Source: Hemiscyllium ocellatum (lineage: Eukaryota). From it: a stretch of DNA of 64,000 bases. The notes beneath the pieces were generated by a model, which made no database searches, had not been told where the DNA came from, and saw only the letters and a program-made list of their open reading frames with translations. Each line of letters begins with the position of its first letter. The stretch's first letter is position 1. The translations under genes and the position numbers were made by a program. The stretch lies in the NCBI RefSeq assembly GCF_020745735.1, contig NW_026867463.1:1-64000 (forward strand), read 5' to 3'. Below are positions 24,137 to 37,984 of the stretch, one piece after another.

Positions 24137-25602
24137 GTGAGTGGATATCACGAACCAGTTTGGACCCGGAGATTAGAAGCACCTCCTGACATTGCAGAAT
24201 GTCTCTCCTTGCATCTTTTTTTTCAAATTTTTTAAAATGCATAGTAAAGGAAAGCTGTGTGCCTGAGAAACAAAAAGTGAGTTGGCAGTGATACATAACA
24301 CCTAGGTAAACTTTTGAAAGAGCATCTAATGAACTAGAACAGGACAGTCCATACTTTTTTTTAAAAAAATCCTCAACATCTAAACCATTGCAGGTAACTG
24401 TCTGGGTACATCAGGAGTGTTTGGTTAAATTAGAGAGTATTACAATAATCATTACCACGAATGTAGGTTATAAACAGTACATTTCTCTGCTCACTGATAG
24501 CTCTGACAGGGGTAGTTAACTCGTAAAAATAAGCAGAAATTCGCTGTTACACGACACCAGTGTTAACCATGTATAAAGGGCCCACTCAGTTTTAATGAGA
24601 TAAATGAATCAGAGAATGGTGTACCAAGTGATGTGAGTTTGAACCAATTCAAGTTTGTTAATTTACTTTGAGATGATAACAAATGTTACTGCAATGTGGG
24701 ATTTTGGATCCATTAACTTCATATTCAGGAGCTTTAAAGATACTCAATAAACAGGCTGAACTAACCAGAATGTCACTGCATTCAATGTCCTGTTTCTGAT
24801 AGTCATACAGTGAATGCTGTATTCAGTGACTTTCCTTTTTAAAGAAGAAATGCCAAGTGAAATGTATCCATTGTGAGTAAATGGGAAAATATAGTTTGTT
24901 TGGTATGATTTTACTTTAGTTGATTCATTTTCCCTTTAATCGGCCAGATACAATAGTTGGCAGCAATTAAGCTGACTGCAGAAAAGGTCCTTGAGTTTCC
25001 AGGTTCATTTACTGGAAGCAGGTGGAGTTTCTGCAGGGGATCAAAGATATTTTGTCTCAGTGTTGACCAGTTGGTGGAAAGCAAACTGCAGACCATAACC
25101 ACTGCCTCTGCAGAAACAAATCTACTCAGCAACAATACTGGAGAAAAGTTTATTTTTCAGTTTTGAAACTTGGAGAACTAGTCACTCCTCTCATTGAAGG
25201 AAATATTCGCAGAGTCTCAGACACAACCTAAACATCAACAGTTCATTCGAGGATCACTACAGCACTGTTTAATATTGAGAAAAATTGATAAATAGTCATA
25301 GAGTCATGGAGTGATACAGCATGGAAACAGACACTTCAGTCCAACCAGTCCATGCCAGTCATAATCCCAAACTAAACTAATCCCACCTGTGTGTACTTGG
25401 CCCATATCCTTCCAAACATTTGATATTCATTTACTTATCCAAATGTCTTCTATAGGTTGTAAGTATCCACCACCAGATCATCCCACACACAAACCATTCT
25501 CTGTGTAAAAAGTTGTCTCTGATATCATTTTAAAAATTTTTCTCCTCTCGTTTTAAAACATGTTCCCTATTGTTGAAATTCCCCACCATAGGGAAAATAC
25601 AA

Positions 25603-26101
25603 CAATGTCTGGGTCAAAAATTGAAAACAATCCCAGCTCCAAACATTTACAAAATATTACTATGTATCTTCCTTGAGTCCAAAAAAGATTGTCCCCTGTG
25701 ATTAATGATTTGTAAAATTTATTCACGTATCTAATGTGATGGACGTTTTCAAATAACTTCTGAAATGCAAGTGGTTCACATCAATCGTATTAAAGTGACA
25801 TTTCGTGTGTGACCCCACACACATAAAAAACAAGTTTGTTGACATGAGTTGCTCTGAGGAAGTCTACGATGAATTCTTTTATCAAACAAAATCATTTCCA
25901 GTGTTGTGAGGGCTTGTCTATCTTCTGTGCAATGGTCTGAATTTTAAGTTGTATCTGACTGCAGATGAAACTGGCTGCTCTGGGTAAAAGTACAGTTTGT
26001 GCCTTTCATATTGTTAATGTATATTGCTGACTTTAGTTGAATAAAGGGATGTTGCCCCAGGCATCGTCTGGCACCATTAATTAGACCATTAATTTCCACA
26101 T
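25603..26101 (+). repeat. Left arm of a ~500-bp inverted repeat
   Basis: Reverse complement aligns with 27914-28405 over its whole length, with long exact blocks. Confidence 0.85.
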
Positions 26102-27913
26102 CACTCGCCAGAGGATCAGGTGGAGTTTATTGATATGTGATATTTTTGAAACGAAAGCTTCGCACATTTCCAGGATGAATCATGTAAATTAGAGTCATTC
26201 ACCTTTCCACTCATGGCTTTATAAACTTATATGAGGTCACCCCCCGAACTCTCACCCTCCAGTGAAACAAGTTCCAGTCTATCTGGATTTCCAACGGTAA
26301 CTTTGTTCCCTCACATTCTGCTGTTAAAGATCCTCCTGCCACCCCAGGCCCACAGAGAGTGTCCCTTGATACTAGTTCAATGAAATGAAAGGAACTTGTC
26401 CCACCATATTGTTCAATTTTATTTGGCTTCAAACACCATAAAAAATAAATGTTCATGTCATTGCTGATATATGGGAGAATTCCGTTTACACAGTATCTGC
26501 TGAAATACCTGCAGTACCATCCTGAATCTGGTTCGCAGGTTCATCTGTTGCTCACAAATGCAACCAGACATCAGGGAACAGTGTGTGGGATATAGGTAAA
26601 GTAGTGTTACTTCTGCAATTATAATTACTTATACAAAGTAAATGAACTCACACCAGTGTGTAATTGTTTCAGCCAAGAGCTGAGTCAACAAGAATGGAAA
26701 CGATGTGGAGGAAATACATAATTGTTTTTGTATTCACTAAAATTGTATGCAAGAATGAAACGTGACTGCAAAACAATGGTAGATATTACAGACGAATAGA
26801 TAAGATGCTGTGAGGGGAGGGAGTTAAGCTAGATACGCCTGTACAAACAATAGGTATAAACATCTGTTTCCCACTTTTACTGAAACACAGGAACAAACCC
26901 CAATTAAAAGGGTCATAAGGATCAGTATGGTAGGGGAAGGCACAGATGGAGGGAATAGATAATAGTGAAGAAAGGATATGCCTAACAATGGGCCACAGCG
27001 GGATGAGGTCAAACAGCCTTGTGAGGCCAGAAATAAGCATTTTGTCACAGACAAGGCTGGATAAGGCAAGAGATAAACAGGAGTAATGGGTACCGGTCTT
27101 AGGGAAGTGGAAGATGTAAACAGGGGAGGAGCAATGAAATAAAAAAATAGAAACCAAATTACATAAATATCGTGTATTAGTTGAATTCAGTGTGTGTGTC
27201 CCTGCCTTGTTGACATGGACATCACACCATCTTGCAAGAGTAAAGTAAAGGGCACCACTGATTCAGATTTTGTCTCGGACTGAAATTATTGAAGTGTGTG
27301 AGCTTTGTGTCCACACCCACCCCTCCACCCTTCCCTTCTGTACGTTTCACTTTGTGAAATCCGTGTTGTCAATAATCAGTTAAAAGAAAGATTTTTAAAA
27401 ACTTTCTTAATTCATCTTGCTGATCTTGACTGAGTAAAGGTATGTTGCTGTCAGCGTTTCTGGGGAACATGTCTGCATTTTTTTCATGTCAGTTTACAAT
27501 GATATTAAGTCAAGAATTGTCAAAACGTCCTGAGAAACAACGTTTAGAAATGGGCGTTCTGCCCCTACTTTTTTCCCCATAAGCCAGGATTTACAGCATT
27601 GGAGATCATATCTATGTTGATAATGGATTAGACCCTACACAATGTTCCCGAATGTTTACTTCAAGTGCTATCACCTGCAGGGTTATGGACAACATGCTAT
27701 AAAGTGGGTGTTAGCTGGAAGGTTCTGTTTTCACATGATACAAGTGTGATGAGCGAAGTGATCTCTCTCTGTCGTGAAAACTTCATCTTTCCTCAATTCA
27801 TCTTTCCTACTTTGTCTCGTTCAGAGGCTCTAATTCACATGAATCATACCGGAAATATTCCAAGCCTTCGGTTCAATGATATTAATAAACTCCACCTGAC
27901 TCTCCAGCTAGCA

Positions 27914-28405
27914 ATGTGGAAATTAATGGTCTAATTAATGGTGCCAGACGATGCCTGGGACAACATCACTTTATTCAACTAAAGTCAGCAATATACATTA
28001 ACAATGTGAAAGGCACAAACTGTACTTTTACCCAGAGCAGCCAGTTACATCTGCATTCAGATACAAAATTCAGACCATTGCACAGAAGATAGACGAGCCC
28101 TCACAACATTGGAAATGATTTTGTTTGATAAAACAGTCCATCCTAGACTTGCTTAGAACAACTCGTGATAACAAAATTGCTTGATTTTTTTTGTGTGGGG
28201 TAACACATGAAATGTTACTGTATTCCGACTGATGTGAACCATTTGCACTTCAAGTTATTTGAAAACGTCCTTCAAAAAAAGATATGGGAACAAATTTTAG
28301 AAATCATTGATCAAAGGGATTTTTTTTGGACTCAAGGAAGATCCATAGTGATATTTTGTAAATGTTTGGAGCTGTGATTGCTTCAAATTTTTAACTAAGA
28401 CATTG
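27914..28405 (-). repeat. Right arm of a ~500-bp inverted repeat
   Basis: e.g. atgtggaaattaatggtctaattaatggtgccagacgatgcctggg is the exact reverse complement of 26056-26101. Confidence 0.85.
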
Positions 28406-28934
28406 GCATACAGTGGACAACATCACAATTTGCTGTAACATGAAACTCGCAACCACTGTGAACCATCGCCTGATGGTTCAGAATTTAACAAGGACCTAGC
28501 AAGGTTCGTGGAATGGACCGACGAGTGATACATGAAAATTAACAAAGGCATTTCTGAAATGATTAATTTAGCTAGGAAGAATGTAGAGACTTCACATCTC
28601 TGTTTGCATTTCAATATACTATAAATTACTTTTCTATTATATCCTAAAATACTCGAGTCTTTGTTCATATTTAATACACTCTATCTTGTTCCGGGGTTAA
28701 GATAGTTTCTTTATTTATTTCACTCAAGACTGGATGCTGTACTTTTGCCTCAGTATTGACCAAACTCGGTTTGGTGCCAGCTTATATCACTTGAGCTGCT
28801 TTTTCAGGAAGTGAATCTCTCCACCTGTTAAGTCAAAATAATCTGTTCATGCTTAGATTGAAATAAATCCTATTAATATCATCCCAAATTCAGACTCGGT
28901 TATTTTGTATTTATTCATTGGAATTGAACAGGAA

Positions 28935-30060
28935 TATGACCGGCTGTTCTTGGTGGAGTGGGAGGGGGAGTTAAAGTGTTCAGCCACGGGGCCGTGGGGT
29001 TGGTTGGCACGGGTGTCCCAGAGATGTTCTCTGAAATGATCCGCAAGTTAGTGTCCTGTCTCCCTGATGCAGAGGAGACCACATCAGGTGGAACAGACAC
29101 AGTGGATGACATTTGTGGAAGTATAGATAAGTTTCTGTGGGATGTGGAAGGATCATTTGGGGCCTTGTTGGAGGTGAGGGGGAGGTGTGGGCGCAGGTTT
29201 TGCACTTCCTGTGGTGACAGGGGAAGGTGACAGGGGTGGGGAGTGGGCTGGTGGGGGGCATGGACCTGACGAGGGAGTCGTGGAGGGAATGGTGTCTCCG
29301 GAATGCAGATAGGTGTAGGGAGGGAAATATACCCCGAGTGATGGGGTCTGTTTACAGTGGTGGAAGCAGCAGAGGATGATATGATGTATGCAAGGTTGGT
29401 GCGGTGGAAGATGAGGACCAGGAGGGGTCCCTGTTGCGATTGGAGGGATGGGGTTCAAGGGCATCATCGACCACGTGGGAGGGGAAATTGCATTCTTTGA
29501 TAAAGGATCTGGGATGTTTAATGGTGGAACTGGTCCTCCTGGGAGCAGATGCGGTGGAGGCAGAGGAATTGAGAATAAAGGATGGCATTTTTACCTGAGG
29601 TCGGGTGGGAGGAGGTGTAGTCCAGGTAGCTGTGGGAGTCAGTGGGCTTGTAGTAAATGTTTAGTTGGTCACTGGAGATAGAGATGGAGAGGTCTAGGAA
29701 AGGGAGGGAGGTGTCCGAGATGGTCCCTGTAAAGTTTAGGTCAGGGTGGAAGGTTTTAGTAAAGTTGATGAACTGTTCAACCTCCTAGTGGTTGCATGAG
29801 GTGGCATTGATACAGTCATCAATGTAGCGGTGGTAAAGGTGGGCAATGATACCGGTGTAGCTGTGGAAGATTGACTGTTCCACATATCTGACGAAGAGGC
29901 AGGCATAGCTGGGGTCCATGGCTACCCCTTTGGTTTGGAGGAAGTGGGAGGATTGAAAGGAAATGTAGTTGAGGTTGAGCATGTACTGCTTGGGTTGGCG
30001 TGACAGGAAGAAACTGAGGGCTTCGAGGCCTCCATCATGGCGTTTGGATGTGTACAGGGC
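28935..30060 (-). mobile_element. Penelope-like element fragment (RT C-terminus to GIY-YIG region)
   Basis: Nucleotide-similar to 48600-49780; translated remnants such as LNYISFQSSHFLQTKGVAMDPSYACLFVRYVEQSIF. Confidence 0.8.
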
Positions 30061-32530
30061 CTGGACATTCTGTTCATTCTGGGGCTTATCAATAGCTTGC
30101 AGTTATTATGGAACTGCAAGGGCAGTGGCTGGGAACTCGGAGAAACCAATGGTTCAGTCTTCTGCTTGAAGCAAATTTTGACCAGAACATTTAAACACCA
30201 CAACGCTCACTGTAGGAAATGCCAGTGCTGCAACTTGTAATAATATTTGAAACTTGGTTAAAAATAGGAATTTTTAGTTATAGTTTCTGAAATAATCAAG
30301 ACAAGAATTAACTGTTAGAACAAGCTCTATCAAAGAGAGAAGATTTGCAAGGTTTGAAACCACACAGTGCTGTGGTTTATTTGAATTCAATGTTGGTCAG
30401 ATTTAGATACAGCCAAGGTGATCTCTCCATAAATTGATTCTGTTAATCGGACACACCAACATACCTGTCTGTACTAAACTGTATTATTTGTTTAGTTGAT
30501 CAAAATTTAGGAAATAGATCAAACAGAATGTATTTGGGTGGGAAGGTGATGGATACAGAAGACAGAATCAAAAGCTGGGAACATTAAATCTGAAGAGAGA
30601 GTAACAAGTAGTACAAGATCAAAGACATGGAAAGGTGCATGTCAATGTGTTCCAGACGTTAGTGAATCGAATGAGCTTGTTAGATAGTTGAGAGACTCGT
30701 CCAACAACATCCTGGAATCAGACCGTGAAATAGAGATCGAAAGGTCGATTTGCAAATGTCACTTCAATGTGATCACTTCACACTCTGTGTCCTGATCTAG
30801 GCCACATTGGCAGATGTTTCTGCCAGATTGTATCCCCTGGGTTTATTTTCTGATCAGAAGTGAGATGTGTGGCTTGCTGCTGGCACATAGAAACAGGAAG
30901 TTGCGCGCCAGCTGAGAATGATACATCAGGCGCTACTTTCCGTATTATCAGCACAAACAGTCTTCCTACCTCTGAGGGTGAACACACTGACAGTGTCAAG
31001 AACAAACGGACAGTTTGCTGTTGGTCTCAACATTGTATTCAATTCCATTCCCATTTTCCAGAATGAAGCAGAAGAGATTATTTCAGCTAGAGTAAATTAT
31101 CTGTCAGAGAGATAAGAAGAGTTATCATCGGGTGAAAGGAGCGAAATGACAATATGTAGTTTCGCTCATAAACCTATGTTTAAAAGTAGAAAGCTTGAGG
31201 GAAGGTAATAAATAAATCTAAGAGACAGCATTCATTAAAAGTTGGAATTGTAACATTTAAGCAATAAAATTCAGCAGGGCTTTGGTGGAAGTGAGACCAT
31301 CTGGGAAGTGGTTGATTCTGTTTTCCGCAGAGGCAATGAGATGTGCCATCGGGTGTAAAAAGTGGATGTGATGCTTCTTGACTTCAATCAGGTTTTTGAC
31401 CAGATCTTGCATCTTCACTATACTAAGGGTTCATGGGATCTGGTGCAGTTTGGCAAATGCATCGAAGGTTTATTTGTTGGCAGAAGGTAATGGTCGAAGG
31501 TAGTCATTGTGAAGACATCTTGTGTCCAGTGGCTTACTATACGACTTGGTGCTGGATCCTTTGCTGTTTGCAGCGTATATGAACGATCTAGTCAAGAATG
31601 TAGCAATTTTGATCAGTAAGTTCAAAGATGAGGTGAAAAACGTTTGGTTTTGCAATTAATGAGGAGGAAAGCCAGTGTGACATCGATGACCTTGCCTGTT
31701 GGAGAGAAGAATTGAAAACAGAACACTTTATCCTAAAGTCTGTGAAGTAAAGCATTTTCAAGACTAACAAATGAAGTGAATATACGATGCATTGTTGGAA
31801 TCTACAAATACAAAGGATAAGCGATCTTCTGTTGTGCATATCCACATCATGGAGTGTGGGTTGGAGTTATAGTCTGGAGATATTGTGGCTCGACCATTAC
31901 TTTAGGAAACTGGGGTCTGAGCCTGCAGTGCTGCCACATCAAGTCATGAACTAAAGTTGATAATTAAACAACTCATTGAAGGAATAAGCTCCACAGATAT
32001 CCCCTTGCTCTGCTTTGGAGAGCACAACACATCAGCGCAAAAGTTAAGGTTGAAGCATTCACAGCAATCGTCAGCCAGAAGTGCCAATTGTCTGATCCAT
32101 CTCGGCATCTTCTATAGATCACCAATATTACAGATACCTGTCTTCAGGGAATTCGCTTCTCTCCATGTGAAATCAAGGCACTGTTGGGCGGGGGGCACTG
32201 GTTACTGCAAATGCTATGGAGCCTGACAAAATTCTGGCAATAATACTGCTGACTTGTGCTAGCCAAGCACTCCGAGTACAGCTACAATACTGGCATGGAC
32301 AATGTGGAAAATAGGCCAGGCATGTCCTGTGCACAGAAAATAGGTCAAACCACCGTGGCGAATTACTGCTCCATCAGTCCATGCTCAATCATGAGTTAGG
32401 TGTAGGAAGGTGCTTTCAACAGTGCTATCAAGCAGCACTAGCTCAGTAATAACCTGCTCAGTGACATAAAATGTGGGTTACGCAAGGCCTACTCAGCTCA
32501 TGACTGAATTACAGACTTGATTTAAACATG

Positions 32531-32755
32531 GCTTAAAAATGTGTTGCTGGAAAAGCGCAGCAGGTCAGGCAGCATCAAAGGAGCAGGAGAATCGACGTTT
32601 TGTGCATAAGCTCTTCTGAAGCCTGATTCCTGAAGAAGGGCTTATGCCCGAAACTTTGATTCTCCTGCTCCTTTGATGCTGCCTGACCTGCTGCGCTTTT
32701 CCAGCAACACATTTTTAAGCTCTGATCTCCAGCATCTGCGGTCCTCACTTTCTCC
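32531..32755 (+). mobile_element. Penelope-LTR-like foldback insertion, family 1
   Basis: Inverted arms 32531-32593 and 32658-32720; 15-bp direct repeat ttgatttaaacatgg at 32517-32531 and 32759-32773. Confidence 0.8.
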
Positions 32756-33592
32756 GAGTTGATTTAAACATGGACAAAGAACTGAATTCCAGAAATGAGG
32801 GAAGAGTGACAGCCCTTCACATTAAGGTCACATTTGACAGAGTGTGATATTATGGAGTCCTAGCAAAACTGGATTCAATGGGTATCAGGTGACAACCTCC
32901 CTGCTGCCTGCAGTCAGACCTCACACATTGGAAGGTGGCTCTGCTTGTTAGAGGGCAGTCGTCTCAGCCAAAGCAAATCTCTGTTGGAGTTCCTAAAGAA
33001 AGTGTCCTTGGCCCAATCATGTTCAGCTGCTTCAGCAATGCCTTTCCCTCCCTCAGAAGGTCAGAAGTGAAATCTGCATTGATCTAGCATTTTTTTTGTG
33101 ACTGCTCAGTCCACATTCAAATGCAACAAAATCTGGACAATTTCCAGACTTGAGCTGACAAGTGGCAAATAGCATTCACACCACAAACCTGCGAGACAAT
33201 GACCATTGACAATAAGAGACAATCTAACCAAAACCCCTTGACATTCAATAGTGTTACCATCACGGAATCCCTCACCATCGACATCCTGGGTTTTATTGTT
33301 CATTAGAAATTGAGCTGGACACTCCATATAAATACAGTGGTTGTAAGAGCAGGCCAGAGGCTAGGAATACTGCAGCGAGTAACTCACCCTCCTGACTTGC
33401 AAAGCCAACTGACTGTCTAAGAGACAGAAGTCAGGAGGGTAATAGCACAGCTCGCCCTTTGACTGGACAGGAGCACCTTCAACTGCACTCAAGAAGCCAG
33501 ACATTGTCCAGGACAAAGCATCCCACTTGATCAGCAGCACATCCACAAGCGTCCATTGCCTCCAAATCTGATGCTTAGTACCTGCCATATGC

Positions 33593-33682
33593 TGAAAAAT
33601 GTGTTGCTAGAAAAGCGCAGCAGGTCAGGCAGCATCCAAGGAGCAGGAGAATCGATGTTTCGGGCATAAGCCCTTCTTCAGG
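33593..33682 (-). mobile_element. Penelope-LTR-like solo fragment, family 1
   Basis: Single arm plus hammerhead-like core with GAAACATC instead of GAAACGTC. Confidence 0.65.
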
Positions 33683-34901
33683 CATACCAGCCGTATGCAC
33701 TATCTAAAATACTGCACTGCAGTAACTTAGCCACTTCCTTACACAGTACCTTCCCACTACCACTTGCATCTCGATGGATAAGAACAGCAGATACATGGGA
33801 ACAGCACCACTGTAAGCTCCTCTCTAAACTACTCAGCATCCTGACATGGAAATATATCATCGATCTTTTACTGTAACTGGGTCAAAATATGGAATTCCCT
33901 TCCTCAGGTCTATCTCAAATCATAGTCACATCTACATCACAGTTGGATCCATAAAGGATGTGAGTCAGACATAACATAAAGCACACATTGTCACTCACAT
34001 TAGTTCAAGGATATTAACACCTGACATTGTCAAGACTCTTATAAGCTCATGGAGTATGACATATAATAGTAACCATAGGCTAATACTTCGGAATAGGAAG
34101 CTGGCTAGGAGACAGAAATGATTAATCAGCAGACATTACCCAAATCCATTGCCTGATCAAACTTAGCTAGCAGTTTGCTGACACATCTAATGTATTAGAA
34201 GCAGAGCTCAAATGGTGTACTAAGCGTTCACTAGAATTATGATGGATTAGATACTACTTCAACGTCTATGTCATCTCATGCCACTAGTGCTGTAACATAC
34301 TGCAGAAGAGTCCTGATCACATGTATCTAGATTCATCATGCAGTGTACTATGGAAGCCCTGCGTACCAGTGGAAAACTAAACAGCTTAATGAGATGAAGT
34401 GTAAAGATAGGATTTAAACAATTGAGTCAGTTAGACATAGTAACAAGCAAGATCGAGTTCAATCCTGACTCGCTGATCATTCAGTTATCTATAGGTCTAT
34501 TTCAAATCAGCTTACTGCCTCTTCTGAATGTTCTACTACCAACAACTAAAAGCAATCACCGTGTTCCATGAGTCAATAAAAAAATCATTGAAGCTAACAT
34601 GACAGTTTGAGAAAGTGGTTAAGGAGGCATTATGAGCATGTAATAAGCAATCGAAAGGTTTGGAGTAAAGTTCCAGAATCAAACTATACCATAGTAGCTT
34701 CAATTAATGAAAGAGTATGAAATGAAACTGCTGAAGTAACGAATGATAATCACAGACCTACCAAAGTTTTGAAGCATGTTACATGGTTCAGTATTGCCCT
34801 TCAGAGGAGGATGTGTGACCTTCCTACCTGGCCTGCCCTCCCTGTTCAACAAAAAGGCGATGGTTCCTTTCCTGTGCCGAACCTGACTAAGAAACCCATC
34901 A

Positions 34902-35118
34902 GGAGAAAGTGAGGACTGCAGGTGCTGGAGATCTGAGTTGAGAGTGTAGTGCTGGAAAAGCACAGCAGGTCAGGCAGCATCCAAGGAGCAGGAGAATCAA
35001 TGTTCCAGGCATAACAACTACATCAGGTATCTTAATAAAGGCCTTATGCCCAAAATGTCGATTCTCCTGCTCCTCGGACGCTGCCTGACCTGCTGTACTT
35101 TTCCAGCAACACAGTCTC
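34902..35118 (-). mobile_element. Penelope-LTR-like foldback insertion, family 1 (older, opposite orientation)
   Basis: gctggaaaagcacagcaggtcaggcagcatccaaggagcaggagaatc followed by its inverted copy. Flanks gactaagaaacccat / gactgagaagccat look like a decayed TSD. Confidence 0.7.
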
Positions 35119-37984
35119 GACTGAGAAGCCATTTGGTTGTAATAAAGCTTCTTAAGAAAGATCAACCATAATTAGCCGAGCAAGATGGCAGGCCTCAAAA
35201 AGGGAGCTGATGACCACCTTCTTGGGATATGTGACTAACGCTTTCATAATTCAGTGAAGAATTCAACAAATGCAAATGACGGTGAGTCAGGCTCTTCAGA
35301 CAGATTTTAGATTGGTGATTGGATGCAAAGTCTCCTGAGATGTTGCTGTGAACAGCAAGAGAGTTCTTGCCAGTATTCCACTCCAATATTTGTTCATGAT
35401 GTAAAGTGTCAGATTCATTGCATTTCTGTGCTTTCTGTGCATTTCCAACATTCGGATCACAGTGATGATATCATGAGACCAGTATTCTCGAACTCCAGTT
35501 TGATGTTGAATGGACAGGGTTTGGATCATCGTTTGCCCAGAGTGAAATTTGAATTTAAAGAAATCCTGGAATCAGAAAGGAAGGCAAATGATGACCATGT
35601 AACCCGAGTCAATGGAAAAATACAAAAACAGCTGGTTCACGAATGACAAGGCATCTGTCACATCTACATGGTCTGGCCGACATGAGATTCCAGACCCACT
35701 GGGAAGTAATTGACTGTGTTCTGAAGTGGCTTTAGCAAGCTATTCAATGGGCAGTTGGGGATAGGGACTCATTGCTGACCCTTACCATTAAGTAATACGT
35801 GTAACGAAACCTCGTAACAACTATATCAATTAAATGTAATTGTTGCGGCAGTTCCTGTATTTCACGTGAATATTCTAAATTTGCAGAATTTTCAGCACTG
35901 AATTGTTAACCTAAATAAAAGTTTTAAATTATTTATCTTTCAGAAATAAATAAAATCTGTTGCAATTCGGCTTCATAAATTTTTATTCACTTCTGCAAAT
36001 GGTCAACATTCTTAAAATAAACTTGTTTCGATTTGAAACTTACCAACAAATCACTTCATTCACCTGGCTTTGCTGCCATCATCACTTCCTTGAAGCCAAT
36101 TAAGCATTTATGTAAATAGACACAGAAATAGAATTCTCAGAATAGATTACAGAACCACAAAACCCTCATTTATATTTCCCCACAAGCACAGCACACGAAT
36201 TGTGGAAAAAAATGCAAATAACTCAATGGATTCCAATACTAATTGATGTTAGGACTTTTTAATACATAAGTTGTATGATTGTTGAATGACAGAGGTATCA
36301 ATTGTCATGTTTAGTCAAAAAACTATAATTAAGAGATACATTGGCACAGCTAATATTTCTGTGTCTCTTTTTCTCTCTTCCCCTCCTGCCTTCCCCCTTT
36401 TTTCTTTATCTCTGATGCCTTGTTTTGTCTCTCCACAATCGGACAATGTTTTCCCCCATAACATGAAGCCAACACCTCACCAACATTGCCTCTCAGCCAA
36501 ATTCATCCATTTCTTTCAAGAGATTTGAGTCAGGACAGCAAGATTTTCTCATAAATCTGTCTGAGCATTGAGTGATCTGGAAATGCTTGATAGGAATGAG
36601 GCTGCAAGACTTTACTGTGTTAGTGTTTTCATTGTATCTCTGCACTATTATTCTTGTCTGAGGAATGTTTAATGGTTCAATGTAATGCATATTTATAATT
36701 AACCTTATGCTGCACATCTCATGGAAGGTTTAATATTATAGAGGTCAATTTATTCTGTATCACTCTGGGAGGATTTTTTTTAGGGAATCCTGGATGCAGC
36801 TCTACTCTGTGTCTAAACCAAAATATATTTGACATGATTGCATTGGACAACACAATATAGAGGGAGACTTACCCAGCACATTACATGAGCTGTACAATCA
36901 CAGAAAACATTTGATGTAGCCGTGTAAAGGGGTTTGAACTCCTACCCACTGTCTTTCTGATTTTGAAATGCTTGACACCAGAATAAAAAGGGAACAACAC
37001 TATGCATCGAAACTTTGTTATACAAGTAGACTATCATTTACAGGCACAGACATACGCACACACATAAGCAAATCATCTCTGAACAACCCTTGCAGTGTTT
37101 AATGGATGAGTACTGAGAGAGCTTTAATATGCAATGTGTGTGTATTCAATGCAACACATGCTGACAGTGTGCTTGATATGGTAGTTTAAATGTAGTTTTG
37201 ATCTGTCTTTAACCTTTTCTGTGACAGCCGTGGTTGTGTTTGACAAATATTTAACAGAACTGAAGGACTATAAATGTAGTCACTGCATTAGAGGCAGAAT
37301 GCAATGCCACCAAACAGTGAGAAAGATGATCCCTGTCTTTTTTCATGATGAGGAGGGATTGAAGCAGCTGGGCTTCAAACATGGAGGTTAATTTAGATGA
37401 GACCTATATAATTCTGAAAAGACTAACTTAGAGCAAAGGTCAATGAGAGGGAACCAGAAGCGGTCTGTTCAGCCAATGGGGTTTGGGCTTCCAAACAATG
37501 ACATCATAGCTGAGCTGATAATCCTCACCTCCATTTTTACAGCGTTTAACTGTAAGCATTGATTCAATTCCCAAATCAAAACCTGCCCATTTCAGCCTTC
37601 AGTGTTCTATGGAAACAAATTCCACAGATTCACTACATTCTGGGAGACAAAATTCTGTTCTGCCTGACATTTGTGACCTCTAATTCAGAGAGTTTACTCA
37701 CTGGCCCGAACCTCTCCCACAAGGGGAAACAACATTTCTGCATTTACACCATCAAGTTTCCTGAAAATAATAGATGTTTCAGAATGTCACCACTGAATCT
37801 TCTATGTTCTAATGAGTATAGGCCCAAACGACTCAGTCTCTACTCTCAAGACAGTCCCTCCATCCTCAGGATCAGTCGACTAAACCTCGTGTGGATTGTC
37901 TCACAGTCCAGTGTACCTTTTCTTTGTGAGATGAGTCCCAAGAACAGTCCATCGTATTTCAGCTGTGGTAAAAATAGAGCTTCT

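Larger units (their letters stand above)
32240..33900 (+). mobile_element. Degraded LINE (CR1/L2-like RT region), interrupted by Penelope-LTR insertions
   Basis: RT-like remnants (e.g. gttcctaaagaaagtgtccttggcccaatcatgttcagctgcttc); no intact ORF. Confidence 0.5.
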
